Shown: piece after piece, positions 32,474 through 42,934 of the stretch
Layout of the letters: the number at the start of each line of letters is the position of its first letter
How positions within the stretch are numbered: position 1 is the stretch's first letter
Source of the DNA: an uncultured Methanolobus sp.
Lineage (GTDB): Archaea; Halobacteriota; Methanosarcinia; Methanosarcinales; Methanosarcinaceae
Assembly (NCBI GenBank): GCA_963675495.1
Contig: OY776215.1
Span: 1,824,001 to 1,888,000, forward strand
Reading direction: 5' to 3'
Length of the DNA stretch: 64,000 bases
The notes under the pieces: generated by a model
The model's database searches: none
Told to the model about the DNA's origin: nothing
The model's input: only the letters and a program-made list of their open reading frames with translations
Translations under genes and position numbers: made by a program

Positions 32474-33334
32474 TCAGGCATTATTTGCTGCCGTAAGCAC
32501 GTGTTCCATAAGGATTGCGATGGTCATTGGTCCAACGCCTCCGGGAACCGGAGTTATGAGTGAAGCCTTCTTCACCACATTATCAAAATCAACATCACCG
32601 TAAACCTTGCCGTTCTCTTCAGTGATTCCCACATCAAAAATTACTGCGCCTTCCTTTACCATATCTGCTTTGATAAGGTGCTTGACTCCTGTACCAACAA
32701 CAAGGATATCGGCATCAAGGGTGAATTTCTTCAGGTCATCTGTGAAAACATGGCACACAGAAACTGTTGCATTCCTGTTCACAAGCATTGCTGCCATGGG
32801 TTTTCCCACGACGTTACTGTGTCCTACAATAACTGCATGTTTGCCCTGTATTGGCACATTGTATTCTTCAAGCGCTCTTATGACACCTTTCGGAGTGCAG
32901 GGTACAAGACCCTCCTCACCTATCAGGAGTTTGCCCATGTTATATGCGTGGAATCCATCTGCATCCTTTGCAGGATCGATGGCAAGCATTGCAGATTTAT
33001 CATCAAGGTGTTTTGGAAGAGGTAACTGAAGGAGAATCCCATGTATATCTTTCCGTGAGTTCAATTCACGGATACGTTCCATGAGTTCTTCCTGGGTGGT
33101 AGATTGCGGCATGTTGTGATCCTCTGCATGTATGCCGACCCTTTCACATGCCTTGTGCTTAAGGCGCACATACATTTTGGATGCCGGATCCTCACCTACA
33201 AGTATTGTTGCAAGTCCGGGAATTATTCCCTTCTCTGCACTAAGCTGGTCAACTCCCTGCTTTACCTGTTCTTCCACTTTCTTTGACAGGCTTCTCCCAT
33301 CTATCTTCCTGGAATCGTAGTTCTCTTCTGACAT
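32474..33334 (-). CDS. folD: Bifunctional methylenetetrahydrofolate dehydrogenase/cyclohydrolase
   Basis: [36 protein letters not shown]; ATG 33334 preferred. Confidence 0.95.
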   Translation of the reverse strand: MSEENYDSRKIDGRSLSKKVEEQVKQGVDQLSAEKGIIPGLATILVGEDPASKMYVRLKHKACERVGIHAEDHNMPQSTTQEELMERIRELNSRKDIHGILLQLPLPKHLDDKSAMLAIDPAKDADGFHAYNMGKLLIGEEGLVPCTPKGVIRALEEYNVPIQGKHAVIVGHSNVVGKPMAAMLVNRNATVSVCHVFTDDLKKFTLDADILVVGTGVKHLIKADMVKEGAVIFDVGITEENGKVYGDVDFDNVVKKASLITPVPGGVGPMTIAILMEHVLTAANNA

Positions 33335-33384
33335 TATGCAAACACCTGTGATATTTTCCTTATACAGGATTGCTTTTTGATTAT

Positions 33385-34623
33385 TTATTGTTTGTATATC
33401 GGGAATCTGCTGCAAAGCTGCTCAACATCAGAGCTGATTCCATGGAGGACTGAGTCATCATTGAGGTTGTTGATAACTTCTGTTATGAATCCTGCAATTT
33501 CCTTCATGTCGTCTTCTTTCATTCCTCTGGTTGTTGAAGCAGGTGTGCCGATCCTGACTCCGCTTGTGATGAACGGACTTCTTGTCTCAAATGGAATAGT
33601 ATTCTTATTGAGCACAATGCCTGCTTTGCTTAGAGCAGCTTCTGCTTCCTTTCCTGTGATGTCGAACTTGTTAAGGTTCAAGAGCATTACGTGGTTGTCA
33701 GTTCCACCTGAAACAATATCAAAACCATTGTTCTGCAGTTCAGTTGCCAGGACACTTGCGTTCTTTACGGTTTGGAACTGGTCTGTCTTGAAGTCCTCTC
33801 CCAGTGCTTCCTTAAATGCAACAGCCTTTGCTGCGATGATGTGCATGAGCGGACCGCCCTGGATTCCAGGGAAAACTGCCTTGTTAAGTCCCTTTGCATA
33901 TTCTTCTTTACACATGACCATTCCACCCCTTGGACCCCTGAGTGTCTTGTGGGTTGTGGTTGTGACAAAGTCTGCGTAAGGTACGGGGCTTGGGTGCGCG
34001 CCGGCAGCAACAAGTCCTGCAATATGTGCGATATCTGCAAGCAGGTATGCTCCTACTTCATCAGCTATCTCTTTGAACGCCTTGAAATCAATTGTTTTTG
34101 AATATGCTGAAGCGCCACAAACTATCATCTGTGGTTTGTTCTCTTTTGCCATTTCCATAAGCGCATCATAATCAAGGGCTTCTGTTTCCTTGTCAACACC
34201 ATATGGTACTACATTATAGAGCTGTCCTGCAAAGTTAACAGGGCTTCCATGCGAAAGATGACCACCATGTGTAAGGTCCATGGACATTATGGTGTCACCG
34301 GGTTTTATAACTGAGAAATAGCATGCCATATTGGCACCGGATCCAGAGTGTGGCTGGACATTCACATGCTCTGCACCGAAGATCGCCTTTGCTCTCTCAA
34401 TGGCAAGGTCTTCTGCAATATCAACGAATTCGCATCCGCCGTAGTAGCGCTTTCCTGAATAGCCTTCAGCATATTTGTTTGTCATTACAGAGCCCTGGGC
34501 CTGCATTACTGCGCGGCTTGCATAGTTCTCTGATGCGATCAGGTTCAACTTGTAATCCTGGCGGTTTGCTTCCAGCCTGAGGGCCTCTGCAATATCCGGG
34601 TCAACTTCTGAGATATGAGACAT
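33385..34623 (-). CDS. glyA: Serine hydroxymethyltransferase
   Basis: [33 protein letters not shown]. Confidence 0.97.
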   Translation of the reverse strand: MSHISEVDPDIAEALRLEANRQDYKLNLIASENYASRAVMQAQGSVMTNKYAEGYSGKRYYGGCEFVDIAEDLAIERAKAIFGAEHVNVQPHSGSGANMACYFSVIKPGDTIMSMDLTHGGHLSHGSPVNFAGQLYNVVPYGVDKETEALDYDALMEMAKENKPQMIVCGASAYSKTIDFKAFKEIADEVGAYLLADIAHIAGLVAAGAHPSPVPYADFVTTTTHKTLRGPRGGMVMCKEEYAKGLNKAVFPGIQGGPLMHIIAAKAVAFKEALGEDFKTDQFQTVKNASVLATELQNNGFDIVSGGTDNHVMLLNLNKFDITGKEAEAALSKAGIVLNKNTIPFETRSPFITSGVRIGTPASTTRGMKEDDMKEIAGFITEVINNLNDDSVLHGISSDVEQLCSRFPIYKQ

Positions 34624-34699
34624 TGTTACCAACCGTTAGATTCGATAGTGATATATTTGAAATATTTTCTGGCCTTGCCAGAAATAGATGAGTGTTGAT

Positions 34700-35308
34700 T
34701 TATGAATGTACTACAATTCTACCTTCCACTTTAAGTTTACCCTCAACGAATAGTTTGACAGCTTCCGGGTAGACTTTGTGCTCCTGTTCAAGTATGCGTG
34801 CTGAGAGGTCATCAGCAGTATCTGTATCAAGGACAGGTACACATTTCTGGATGATTATAGGACCTGTATCCATTCCTTCATCAACAAAATGTACTGTGCA
34901 GCCGCTAACCTTCACGCCATACTCAAAAGCCTGTTGCTGTGCATGTAGTCCTTTGAAAGAAGGGAGCAATGCAGGGTGGATGTTTATTATTTTGTTTTTA
35001 TATGCTGCAATTAGGTTTTTTCCTACTATGCGCATGTATCCTGCAAGAAGTATAAGGTCAACATCGTTGTCTTTCAGGACTTCTAATATGTCTTTTTCGT
35101 AATCCTGCTTATTTGGGTAATCAGAGGGATCGATGAAAACATCAGCTATCCCATGATTTTGGGCACGCTCAAGCGCATAGGCATCTCCAACATCGCTAAT
35201 GACGACAGATATCCTTGCGTTTTTGATGTAGCCCGTTTCGATATTGTCGATAATTGATTGAAGATTCGATCCTCTTCCTGAAACAAGTACTGCGATGTTG
35301 GTGGTCAT
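34700..35308 (-). CDS. purN: Phosphoribosylglycinamide formyltransferase
   Basis: SGRGSNL, LAGYMRI, NIHPALLP, GCTVHFV, DTGPII. Confidence 0.96.
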   Translation of the reverse strand: MTTNIAVLVSGRGSNLQSIIDNIETGYIKNARISVVISDVGDAYALERAQNHGIADVFIDPSDYPNKQDYEKDILEVLKDNDVDLILLAGYMRIVGKNLIAAYKNKIINIHPALLPSFKGLHAQQQAFEYGVKVSGCTVHFVDEGMDTGPIIIQKCVPVLDTDTADDLSARILEQEHKVYPEAVKLFVEGKLKVEGRIVVHS

Positions 35309-35411
35309 TGTTAGTCCTAAAAGAGATTTCTATATATTAGCGTTTTGGATTTGCTCAAAACAACTGAAAACTATGCAATAAACGATTTAAGGTGAACACT
35401 GGATTAGAACA

Positions 35412-36380
35412 TCAAATATTGATATTGTGCTTTTTAGTCCTTTCATCGATCAGTTCTGCCAGTTCCTCAGTGCCGGACAGCTTGTCAAGCTCACATTTCT
35501 CAATAAGAATTGTGTTCTCAACTGTTTCTGATTTCATCTGGCCGTTAATTATAAAGACTGATTTTGTCCTTGTTACGCAGGATATACTACTCATAAGGTC
35601 AGCCCGCTTTATCATTGCGCTGCTATAAGTGCTGACACCTGTCAATAGTGTGTCAGACGTATCTTTTGATATTGCTTTGAAAGGCGCCTGGCTTGTTGAC
35701 ATGACCTGGTAGCCAAGAGCATAGAGCATACCCAGGATACCATCATCCGGTTGTGTCTCAGGTACTTTTTCCTGTTTAGCCTCAACATTTACCTTTTTCT
35801 CAAAACCACGGAGAATATCTATTGATTTTGCAAGGGCAACATCCAGTAGTTCCTCAAGATGAAGGACTATATCAATAGATGCATCCATACCGCCTTCTTC
35901 GTATTTGCTTATGGTCCTTCTGGAAACCCCAAGCTCGGTGGCAAGGGCTCCGAGTGACATTTCGGTCCGTTTACGGGCTTCTTTAAGTACATCACCATCT
36001 ATCGAAACATAAAGTCCGCCAGGGGCTGCTGATACAAGGGGAGGTATCTCCTCCACAAAATAATCATAAAGTGTTTGCACACTGAGGGCCGGAATCTCAT
36101 AACGCATATACACTACGCTATCCTCAAGCATCTGGTCACGGGTCTTTGCACCAATAAGTACTGCAGTCCCTCCAAGATAGCGCGCAAGGCTTTTCATTTC
36201 TCTTGCAGTTTCCTCATTTAGTCCGTCAATATTGTATAGTACTTTATAAAAAATGAGTGTTTCATCTTTCCTTGCTGCAAGGTCAAAGCTTCGTGGTCTA
36301 ATATTGCATCTTTTTGATACAATGAAGCCTGCTTGCTGTAATACATCAATGATTTGATGTATCAGGATTTCTTTCGTCAT
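35412..36380 (-). CDS. Archaeal conserved HTH (cro/C1-type) transcriptional regulator
   Basis: RPRSFDLAAR, APGGLYV, SLGALATELGVSRRTISKYEEG. Confidence 0.85.
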   Translation of the reverse strand: MTKEILIHQIIDVLQQAGFIVSKRCNIRPRSFDLAARKDETLIFYKVLYNIDGLNEETAREMKSLARYLGGTAVLIGAKTRDQMLEDSVVYMRYEIPALSVQTLYDYFVEEIPPLVSAAPGGLYVSIDGDVLKEARKRTEMSLGALATELGVSRRTISKYEEGGMDASIDIVLHLEELLDVALAKSIDILRGFEKKVNVEAKQEKVPETQPDDGILGMLYALGYQVMSTSQAPFKAISKDTSDTLLTGVSTYSSAMIKRADLMSSISCVTRTKSVFIINGQMKSETVENTILIEKCELDKLSGTEELAELIDERTKKHNINI

Positions 36381-36639
36381 GACAGAATAGGCTTTGTTTG
36401 CACATCTATATAGCTTTATCGTAAAAATTATAGTTATAACATTTGTTTAGCTTTTTTGGAGTCATCTCTAATCCTCTTTACCTAGTAAATTATTTATTAG
36501 ATGTGTTGAAATACAATTGTATATACAATAATTGCCTTTTTTCTAATAATAGTTAAGAATTGCCATGATGTTAGTATGAATATGAAGGTTTAGGATACGA
36601 ACAAAGGGGATGCAAAAAAATTATTAGGAGAAATCCTTT

Positions 36640-38709
36640 ATGCCTATATCCAATAGAACAGAAATCAATCATCTGGTAAGTGAAAATAAAAAATCCAGTG
36701 AAAAAATGGATATAATGCCAATGGTAATTCTTTTTCTGGATACGAAAGGTAGTGTTTCATTTGTTAACAAAAGAATTCTTGAATTGACCGGCCATAAAGA
36801 AAAAGATATTTCAGGGACTCAATGGTTTGACGTACTAGTACCACATGAATTTAAATCTGAATCTCGTTCTATATGGAATAAATTCATTTCTGATAAAATA
36901 ACTTCTGTTGAGAATCTTGAGATTCCCCTTCTGAAAGCAGATGGCACAAAAATTTCCGTTCTTTGGAATGCCGTTTCATTCACAGATGATGGTCTTTTTA
37001 AAGGTATCATTATTTCAGGTGAAGAAATTACCCGACAAAAGATCTCTCAAAAAGAACTTCAAGAAAGTGAGCTGCTTTTCAAGAGAGTGGTAGAGTTCTC
37101 TCCTGTATCTGTTGCTTTGTTGGATTCCAGTTTTAGCCCTATTTATTTTAACAGGAAATTCACGGAAACTTTCGGTTACACTCTTGAAGATGTATCGGAA
37201 ATGGATCAATGGTGGGAGTTTGTACATCCCAACCAGGAACGTAGGAAAACAATTTTTGAATCATGGTGTTCAAGCCAATCTTCATCATGGGATGAAATAA
37301 ACAATGTTTATACCAAAGAATGTGGAATATTGTGCAAAAATGGTTCTGTAATAGATGTTTTGTTTAGTTTTGCAAAAATAACAGATGATGCATCTATCCT
37401 TGTTTTTAAAAATATAACTGAAGTGAAAGCTGCAAAGAAAGCTTTTTTCTTAGATGAACTGAGGTTAGAGGCCCTTGTTGAACTTAATCAGTTTATTGGT
37501 TCAACAACAGACAATGTCATAAATTTCTCGCTTGAAAAAGCTGTTGAGCTCACAGAAAGCCAGGTTGGATATATTGCTTTTATAAATGAGGATGAGGCCA
37601 CTGCAAATGTGTATGGCCTATCAAAAAAAGCAAGGGAACTTTGTGTAATTGATAGCATAAGTACTATCTTCAGTTTTGAAGAAATGGGACTTTGGGGTGA
37701 ACCCATACGACAGCGTAAACCAGTAGTAACGAATGATTATGCACGGGATGTTTCCTTTAAAAAAGGACTGCCTAAAGGTCATATGGATCTCCGAAACCAT
37801 CTTGGGATTCCTGTGTTCGATAATGACCGGATTGTTATGCTTGCAGGTGTGGGAAATAAAGACAGTGATTATAACAGTTCTGATATCAGGCAAATGACGC
37901 TTCTTGTGCAAGGAACGTGGAAGTTTATACAAAGGAAACAGAGTGAGGATAAAATAAAAGCATATTCAGATGAGCTGGCTAAAAACTACAAGGAACTTGA
38001 ATCGCTGGATCGAATGAAAGATGAATTCATGGCAAATATAACCCATGAACTAAAGACCCCCCTTATTCCTATCAAAGGGTACAGTGAACTTCTTTTCGAT
38101 GGACACCTTGGAACCATGGAGGAAGATCAAAGGAAAGGTGTAGGAATTATTTTGCAAAATGCTAAAAGATTGCATAAATTGATAGATTCCCTGCTGTATA
38201 TGCAAAATATTCGTTCAGGGAATATTCAGTATCATCTTGATTCTATTGATATTGTCAATTTACTTGACAAAGTAATTGGTGATCAGTTATCTATGCGAAG
38301 TGAAAAAAGTCCGGTTTTGAATAAAGGATATGTTTCACCTCTTCCTTTTGTTTGTGGGAATGTAACTTATTTGGAGCAGGTATTTTCCCATATACTTGAA
38401 AATGCATTTAAATTTACATCTTCTGAAGGTTCGGTAACTATGGATGCATTTCAAGAAAAGGGCAATGTACATGTTGTTGTAAAAGATACTGGAATAGGCA
38501 TTCCCAAAGATGAAATAAAACATATTTTCAAAAGATTCTATCAGATGGACGGTTCTCTTACACGTCGATATGGTGGTAATGGTCTTGGATTATATCTTTG
38601 TAAGAGTATAGTAGAGGAACACGCCGGTTCTATCTGGGCAACAAGTGAAGAAGGCAAAGGAACTGAGATACATGTGCTCCTCCCAAAAATCAATGACGAA
38701 AAATCCTGA
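36640..38709 (+). CDS. PAS-PAS-GAF sensor histidine kinase
   Basis: Two PAS repeats, GAF, H-box THELKTPL, ENAFKF, DTGIGI, GNGLGL. Confidence 0.93.
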   Translation: MPISNRTEINHLVSENKKSSEKMDIMPMVILFLDTKGSVSFVNKRILELTGHKEKDISGTQWFDVLVPHEFKSESRSIWNKFISDKITSVENLEIPLLKADGTKISVLWNAVSFTDDGLFKGIIISGEEITRQKISQKELQESELLFKRVVEFSPVSVALLDSSFSPIYFNRKFTETFGYTLEDVSEMDQWWEFVHPNQERRKTIFESWCSSQSSSWDEINNVYTKECGILCKNGSVIDVLFSFAKITDDASILVFKNITEVKAAKKAFFLDELRLEALVELNQFIGSTTDNVINFSLEKAVELTESQVGYIAFINEDEATANVYGLSKKARELCVIDSISTIFSFEEMGLWGEPIRQRKPVVTNDYARDVSFKKGLPKGHMDLRNHLGIPVFDNDRIVMLAGVGNKDSDYNSSDIRQMTLLVQGTWKFIQRKQSEDKIKAYSDELAKNYKELESLDRMKDEFMANITHELKTPLIPIKGYSELLFDGHLGTMEEDQRKGVGIILQNAKRLHKLIDSLLYMQNIRSGNIQYHLDSIDIVNLLDKVIGDQLSMRSEKSPVLNKGYVSPLPFVCGNVTYLEQVFSHILENAFKFTSSEGSVTMDAFQEKGNVHVVVKDTGIGIPKDEIKHIFKRFYQMDGSLTRRYGGNGLGLYLCKSIVEEHAGSIWATSEEGKGTEIHVLLPKINDEKS

Positions 38710-38758
38710 GCATCAGAGAATCATTTAACACTGATCAGTCATATTTGCTATTGGTTCA

Positions 38759-40063
38759 ATGAATACTGAATACACTAAAATGGTTATAGGTATTGATGAT
38801 ACGGATTCCAGGGATGGTATGTGTACTACCTACCTCTGCGCTCTTTTAAGGGATGAGCTCTCATCTTTTGCAAATATCATAGCAGAACCTATACTTGTCC
38901 GCCTTAATCCTACTATTCCATACAAGACCCGTGGGAATGCATCTGTAGCATTGTTTGTCCAGTGCAAAGAACCGGGGAAAGTAATGGAACATGTTACGCA
39001 AAGGGTTACTTCCATGGCATGCATGGACAATGAGAACACCAACCCGGGTATCGTTTTCATCACGGATGACCGGTTTGACAAAGTTAGGGAGGAACTGAGT
39101 GATTTTTTCAGGCGTGCTGTGAAAGAAGTCATCACAATAGATGAAGCGAAAGAACTGTCTTCAAGGCTCGGACTTGATTTTAAAGCGTTCAAGAATGGCC
39201 GTGGACTTATCGGTGCTCTTTCTGCATGTGGTGCAATTCTAAGTCCTGATTGGGATCATACATATGAGTATCTTGCATACAGAAAAACGGATGTATGGGG
39301 TACCCAGCGCTGCGTTGATGAAGATTCTTTCTTTGAAGCTGATTCACAGACATATCCCGATACATGGGACACCGTCGACATAAAAAATAACATGGTAGTT
39401 TGCGTACCTCACTCTGGTGATCCTGTGCTTTACGGAATAAGAGGACGCAGTGCATCTTATGTGGAAAAGGCCGCATCCTTTGTTAGTTCCGAGTCGGTAG
39501 AACGTATATGCACATATAAGACAAATCAGGGCACTGACATGCATCTTATCCCGGTATCAACAATCAGTGATATTCAGGAAATGCATTCCTATATTTTGGA
39601 AGGAGTTGTCTTTTGTGAACCAAAGACAATCAGGGGAGGCCATACCATATTCTCTCTTAAGGATGCTGTTGGGGAAATAATTGACTGTGCTGCCTTTGAG
39701 CCTACAAAGAACTTCAGGGAACTTATACGTAAATTGATACTAGGTGACAGGGTCGTTGTCTATGGTAGTGTTACTGAAAAAACCGTGAACATTGAAAAAA
39801 TAAAGATAACGGGGCTTTCTCCAAAATATGAACTTAGAAATCCGCTATGCACATCCTGCGGAAAGAGAATGAAATCCGCTGGCTCAGGTCAGGGCTACAG
39901 ATGCAAAAAATGTGGCACAAAGTCTGATGTTACAGAACGACTGGAAGTGAAAAGAGAAATAGAAGTTGGATTCTATGAGGTTCCACCATGTGCTAGAAGG
40001 CATCTTGCAAAGCAGCTTCTGAGATTTGAGGAAGGGAGTGTTCCTGTTTTCCCGGGCAGATGA
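38759..40063 (+). CDS. tiaS: tRNA(Ile2) 2-agmatinylcytidine synthetase
   Basis: GIDDTDS..GMCTTY, RLNPTIPYKTRGN, NQGTD, C-terminal Zn ribbon, RRHLAK. Confidence 0.95.
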   Translation: MNTEYTKMVIGIDDTDSRDGMCTTYLCALLRDELSSFANIIAEPILVRLNPTIPYKTRGNASVALFVQCKEPGKVMEHVTQRVTSMACMDNENTNPGIVFITDDRFDKVREELSDFFRRAVKEVITIDEAKELSSRLGLDFKAFKNGRGLIGALSACGAILSPDWDHTYEYLAYRKTDVWGTQRCVDEDSFFEADSQTYPDTWDTVDIKNNMVVCVPHSGDPVLYGIRGRSASYVEKAASFVSSESVERICTYKTNQGTDMHLIPVSTISDIQEMHSYILEGVVFCEPKTIRGGHTIFSLKDAVGEIIDCAAFEPTKNFRELIRKLILGDRVVVYGSVTEKTVNIEKIKITGLSPKYELRNPLCTSCGKRMKSAGSGQGYRCKKCGTKSDVTERLEVKREIEVGFYEVPPCARRHLAKQLLRFEEGSVPVFPGR

Positions 40064-40076
40064 TCTTTAGCATTGT

Positions 40077-40856
40077 TTATCTGAGGGAGTTCAGCTCTGC
40101 TATTGCAGGAGCTTTTTGTTTGTGCAGGTTCACATTGATGCGCTTTACCACTGAATCTCTCTGGATACTTGTGATGCCAAGTGTATTCTGTGCAACCTGT
40201 GGGCTTTCTCCTTCCAGTAAAAGAGCAAGGAACCTGTCGACCAGTTCATATGTGATTCCGAGTTCTTCCTCGTCGGTCTGGTCTGCCCACAATCTTGCCG
40301 AAGGAGCCTTTGTGATTATCTCTTCCGGAACTCCCACGAGTGCTGACATCTCTTTGACCTCCGTTTTATAGAGGTCACCAATTGGTTCAATGTCAACTCC
40401 TCCATCCCCGTATTTGGTGAAATAGCCTAAAAGTATCTCTGTTTTGTTGCCCGTTCCCATAACCATCCTTGACATCATGTTCGCGTAATAATAAAGGACA
40501 GACATACGTATTCTCGCCTTGAGGTTTCCATTGGAATGTGAATTGGAAGCTGAACTCTCTGGAATTGAGCCCAGATATGTAGAAAGGATCTCTGATATAT
40601 CAACGGTTTTAAATTCAATTCCCAGTCTACTTGCCACTTCAGTGGCATCGAGTACGTCTTCTGCAGGTGTAAGGTTAAGCTCCGGCATGTGTATGCCAAG
40701 GACATTCTCTTTACCAAGGGCTTCAACTGTAAGGTAAGCTGTCAGAGCGGAATCTATACCCCCGCTGAGGCCTATTACTGCACCTTTAACACCTGCTTCA
40801 GTTGTTTTTTCCCTGATGAATTCAACGATGATATCTTTAGCTTTTAAGATGTCCAT
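40077..40856 (-). CDS. nadE: NH3-dependent NAD+ synthetase
   Basis: GLSGGIDSA, NLKARIRM, GYFTKYGDG, KAPSA. Confidence 0.95.
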   Translation of the reverse strand: MDILKAKDIIVEFIREKTTEAGVKGAVIGLSGGIDSALTAYLTVEALGKENVLGIHMPELNLTPAEDVLDATEVASRLGIEFKTVDISEILSTYLGSIPESSASNSHSNGNLKARIRMSVLYYYANMMSRMVMGTGNKTEILLGYFTKYGDGGVDIEPIGDLYKTEVKEMSALVGVPEEIITKAPSARLWADQTDEEELGITYELVDRFLALLLEGESPQVAQNTLGITSIQRDSVVKRINVNLHKQKAPAIAELNSLR

Positions 40857-40902
40857 TTTATCAAGCCTGCCAATCTTTAATTGTGAATGCTCACAATTAT
40901 AC

Positions 40903-41610
40903 TTATTTGTTGGCTTTAGGAGGGAATAACTTGATACCTTCTTCGGTTATGTCATAGTTGATAATGTCCAGTGAGATCTTTGTCCCTCTCATTTTGGGTA
41001 TGTACATGAACCGCTCCATTTTTCCTGTATACGGATTTTCTTTTGTCATCAGCCTGATAGTTCCATAAGTGGAATATTCAGCTATGCGGTGTGTGAGTTC
41101 ATGTGCAGTTGCATCCATTACCATTAAAGATGTCCTTTTTTGATTTGAAAGCACATATGCTAATTTTTCAATTTTGTCTTTGAATGTCTTTAAGTCCATA
41201 CCTATTGAAAAAGTACCCATGTTATCAAAGACAACAACCTCAATATCTTCCTGAATGATGTGTCCAAGGTTGTTTAGGTCATCTATATACATGCTGACAT
41301 TGTTATATCCATCAGCTACATTTTTAGCTCTCATTTCAAGGAAGTGTATCATAGAAAGCTGTTTGTTCTCCACGAAAGGTTCAAGATCAAACCCTAGCGC
41401 TTTACCATGAGCGATTATTTTTTCCGGAACCTCTTCGGTTGCTATCATTGCACATTTTTTACCCTGTTTGCAGGCATTGTAAAGGAATTGGATACATAAA
41501 ATAGTTTTACCAGTTCCCGGCTCACCTGTTATAAGAACACATTCCCCTTCGGGAAACCCACCCTGTAATCTTTTGTCCAGGTCAATATTTCCACTTGATA
41601 TTCTTGTCAT
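40903..41610 (-). CDS. RAD55/KaiC-like RecA-superfamily ATPase
   Basis: GEPGTGKT Walker A; KMRGT. Confidence 0.88.
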   Translation of the reverse strand: MTRISSGNIDLDKRLQGGFPEGECVLITGEPGTGKTILCIQFLYNACKQGKKCAMIATEEVPEKIIAHGKALGFDLEPFVENKQLSMIHFLEMRAKNVADGYNNVSMYIDDLNNLGHIIQEDIEVVVFDNMGTFSIGMDLKTFKDKIEKLAYVLSNQKRTSLMVMDATAHELTHRIAEYSTYGTIRLMTKENPYTGKMERFMYIPKMRGTKISLDIINYDITEEGIKLFPPKANK

Positions 41611-41746
41611 GACTTATCATTTCCTTTTCTCTTTATACAACCTATAATTATATATTTTTATTTGTATAATCTATGGGAGTGTGAAGTATGTTCATTTTTG
41701 AAACTGACAAAGAATTAATCTATGTTCAGACGGTATTTGCTATTAC

Positions 41747-42226
41747 ATGGAATATTACATTGCAGATTCTGCGGTCTTCATAATGGGGGCCGGAGTTGAA
41801 CCACACAGGATGATAACTATACCATCGGTTGTCAATGAACTCAAAAGTAATGAAGCATCCATGCGTTTTGAGCTCGCTCGTGAAAGCGGGGCACGTGTGG
41901 AAATGCCGGAGGATGGTTTTCGAAAGACTGTCCTGGACATAGCAAACAAGACAAGGGACTGTGAAGAATTATCGGCAACTGATATTGATATCCTTGCCAA
42001 GGCCCTTGAATATAAGGAGAATTCAGTCCTCTTAACAGATGACTATGCAGTCCAGAACGTTGCCAGGGTTTTGGGTATAGGGGTAAAGCCGGTAGCCCAG
42101 AAAAAGATAAAGGATGTGCTGGTGTGGCAAAAGGAATGTGTAGGTTGTCGCAGACGTTTTGATAGTGGTGAAGTATGTCCGGTTTGTGGTTCTGCACTTA
42201 AGAAAAAGCGTAAAAGAAAAATATAA
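41747..42226 (+). CDS. NOB1 family PIN endonuclease with Zn ribbon
   Basis: DSAVFI, LSATD, TDDYAVQNVA, CVGC..CPVCG. Confidence 0.9.
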   Translation: MEYYIADSAVFIMGAGVEPHRMITIPSVVNELKSNEASMRFELARESGARVEMPEDGFRKTVLDIANKTRDCEELSATDIDILAKALEYKENSVLLTDDYAVQNVARVLGIGVKPVAQKKIKDVLVWQKECVGCRRRFDSGEVCPVCGSALKKKRKRKI

Positions 42227-42281
42227 CATCTCTGTTGTTATATAACAAATTATAGGTTAAACATGAACATGCGGGATTCAT

Positions 42282-42893
42282 ATGAAGAATATTGATAAAT
42301 TGATCCAAAAAGCCCTTGAATTGCAGGCAAATGGTCTTGTCACAAGGCAAATTGCAGATGAACTAAACGTTTCCCGGGAGACTGTCACTTGGCTCCTGAC
42401 CCGTGCAAAGAAGGAAGAAGTATCTCCCGCTCCCAAGGACATATCAGTCAACTGGAGCAGCATAGGAAAGAGTGCATACAGGATGCGCCATATTGGAATT
42501 GCAATGTGTGACATGGTGCTGGACACTGTAGAAGAAACAGGTAATGATATTGATATGGTGGTCGGTATTGGTCTTAGCGGTGTTCCTCTTGCAAGTCTTA
42601 TGGCAGAAGAACTGGATACTGAGATATCAGTGTACCATGCCTACAACGACCAGGATGATGATTCCAAGTTAAAGGGTGCATTCAGCAGGAACTTTGCAGG
42701 AATCAAAGGAAAGAAATGTGTCATAGTGGATGATGTCATAACTACAGGTACAACTATGAATGATGTTGTTACCCATCTAAGGAGCTCAGGTGCAAAACCA
42801 ATTGCAATTGCAGTGCTTGTAGACAAGAGCGGCTCTGAATCTGTTTCAGAGGTTCCGATACATGCCCTTGTAAGCATTGTACGCGTGGATTGA
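42282..42893 (+). CDS. Orotate phosphoribosyltransferase-like protein with N-terminal HTH (GfcR-type)
   Basis: [18 protein letters not shown]; [16 protein letters not shown] loop. Confidence 0.88.
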   Translation: MKNIDKLIQKALELQANGLVTRQIADELNVSRETVTWLLTRAKKEEVSPAPKDISVNWSSIGKSAYRMRHIGIAMCDMVLDTVEETGNDIDMVVGIGLSGVPLASLMAEELDTEISVYHAYNDQDDDSKLKGAFSRNFAGIKGKKCVIVDDVITTGTTMNDVVTHLRSSGAKPIAIAVLVDKSGSESVSEVPIHALVSIVRVD

Positions 42894-42934
42894 ATATAAA
42901 AAAGAATTTAAGTTTAATAGATATTAGGTAGGAG

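Noticed and set aside
33377-33979. Long antisense ORFs (here, and 43362..43895, 52857..53372, 60347..60955)
   Set aside because: Shadow frames of well-conserved genes with no motifs or RBS.
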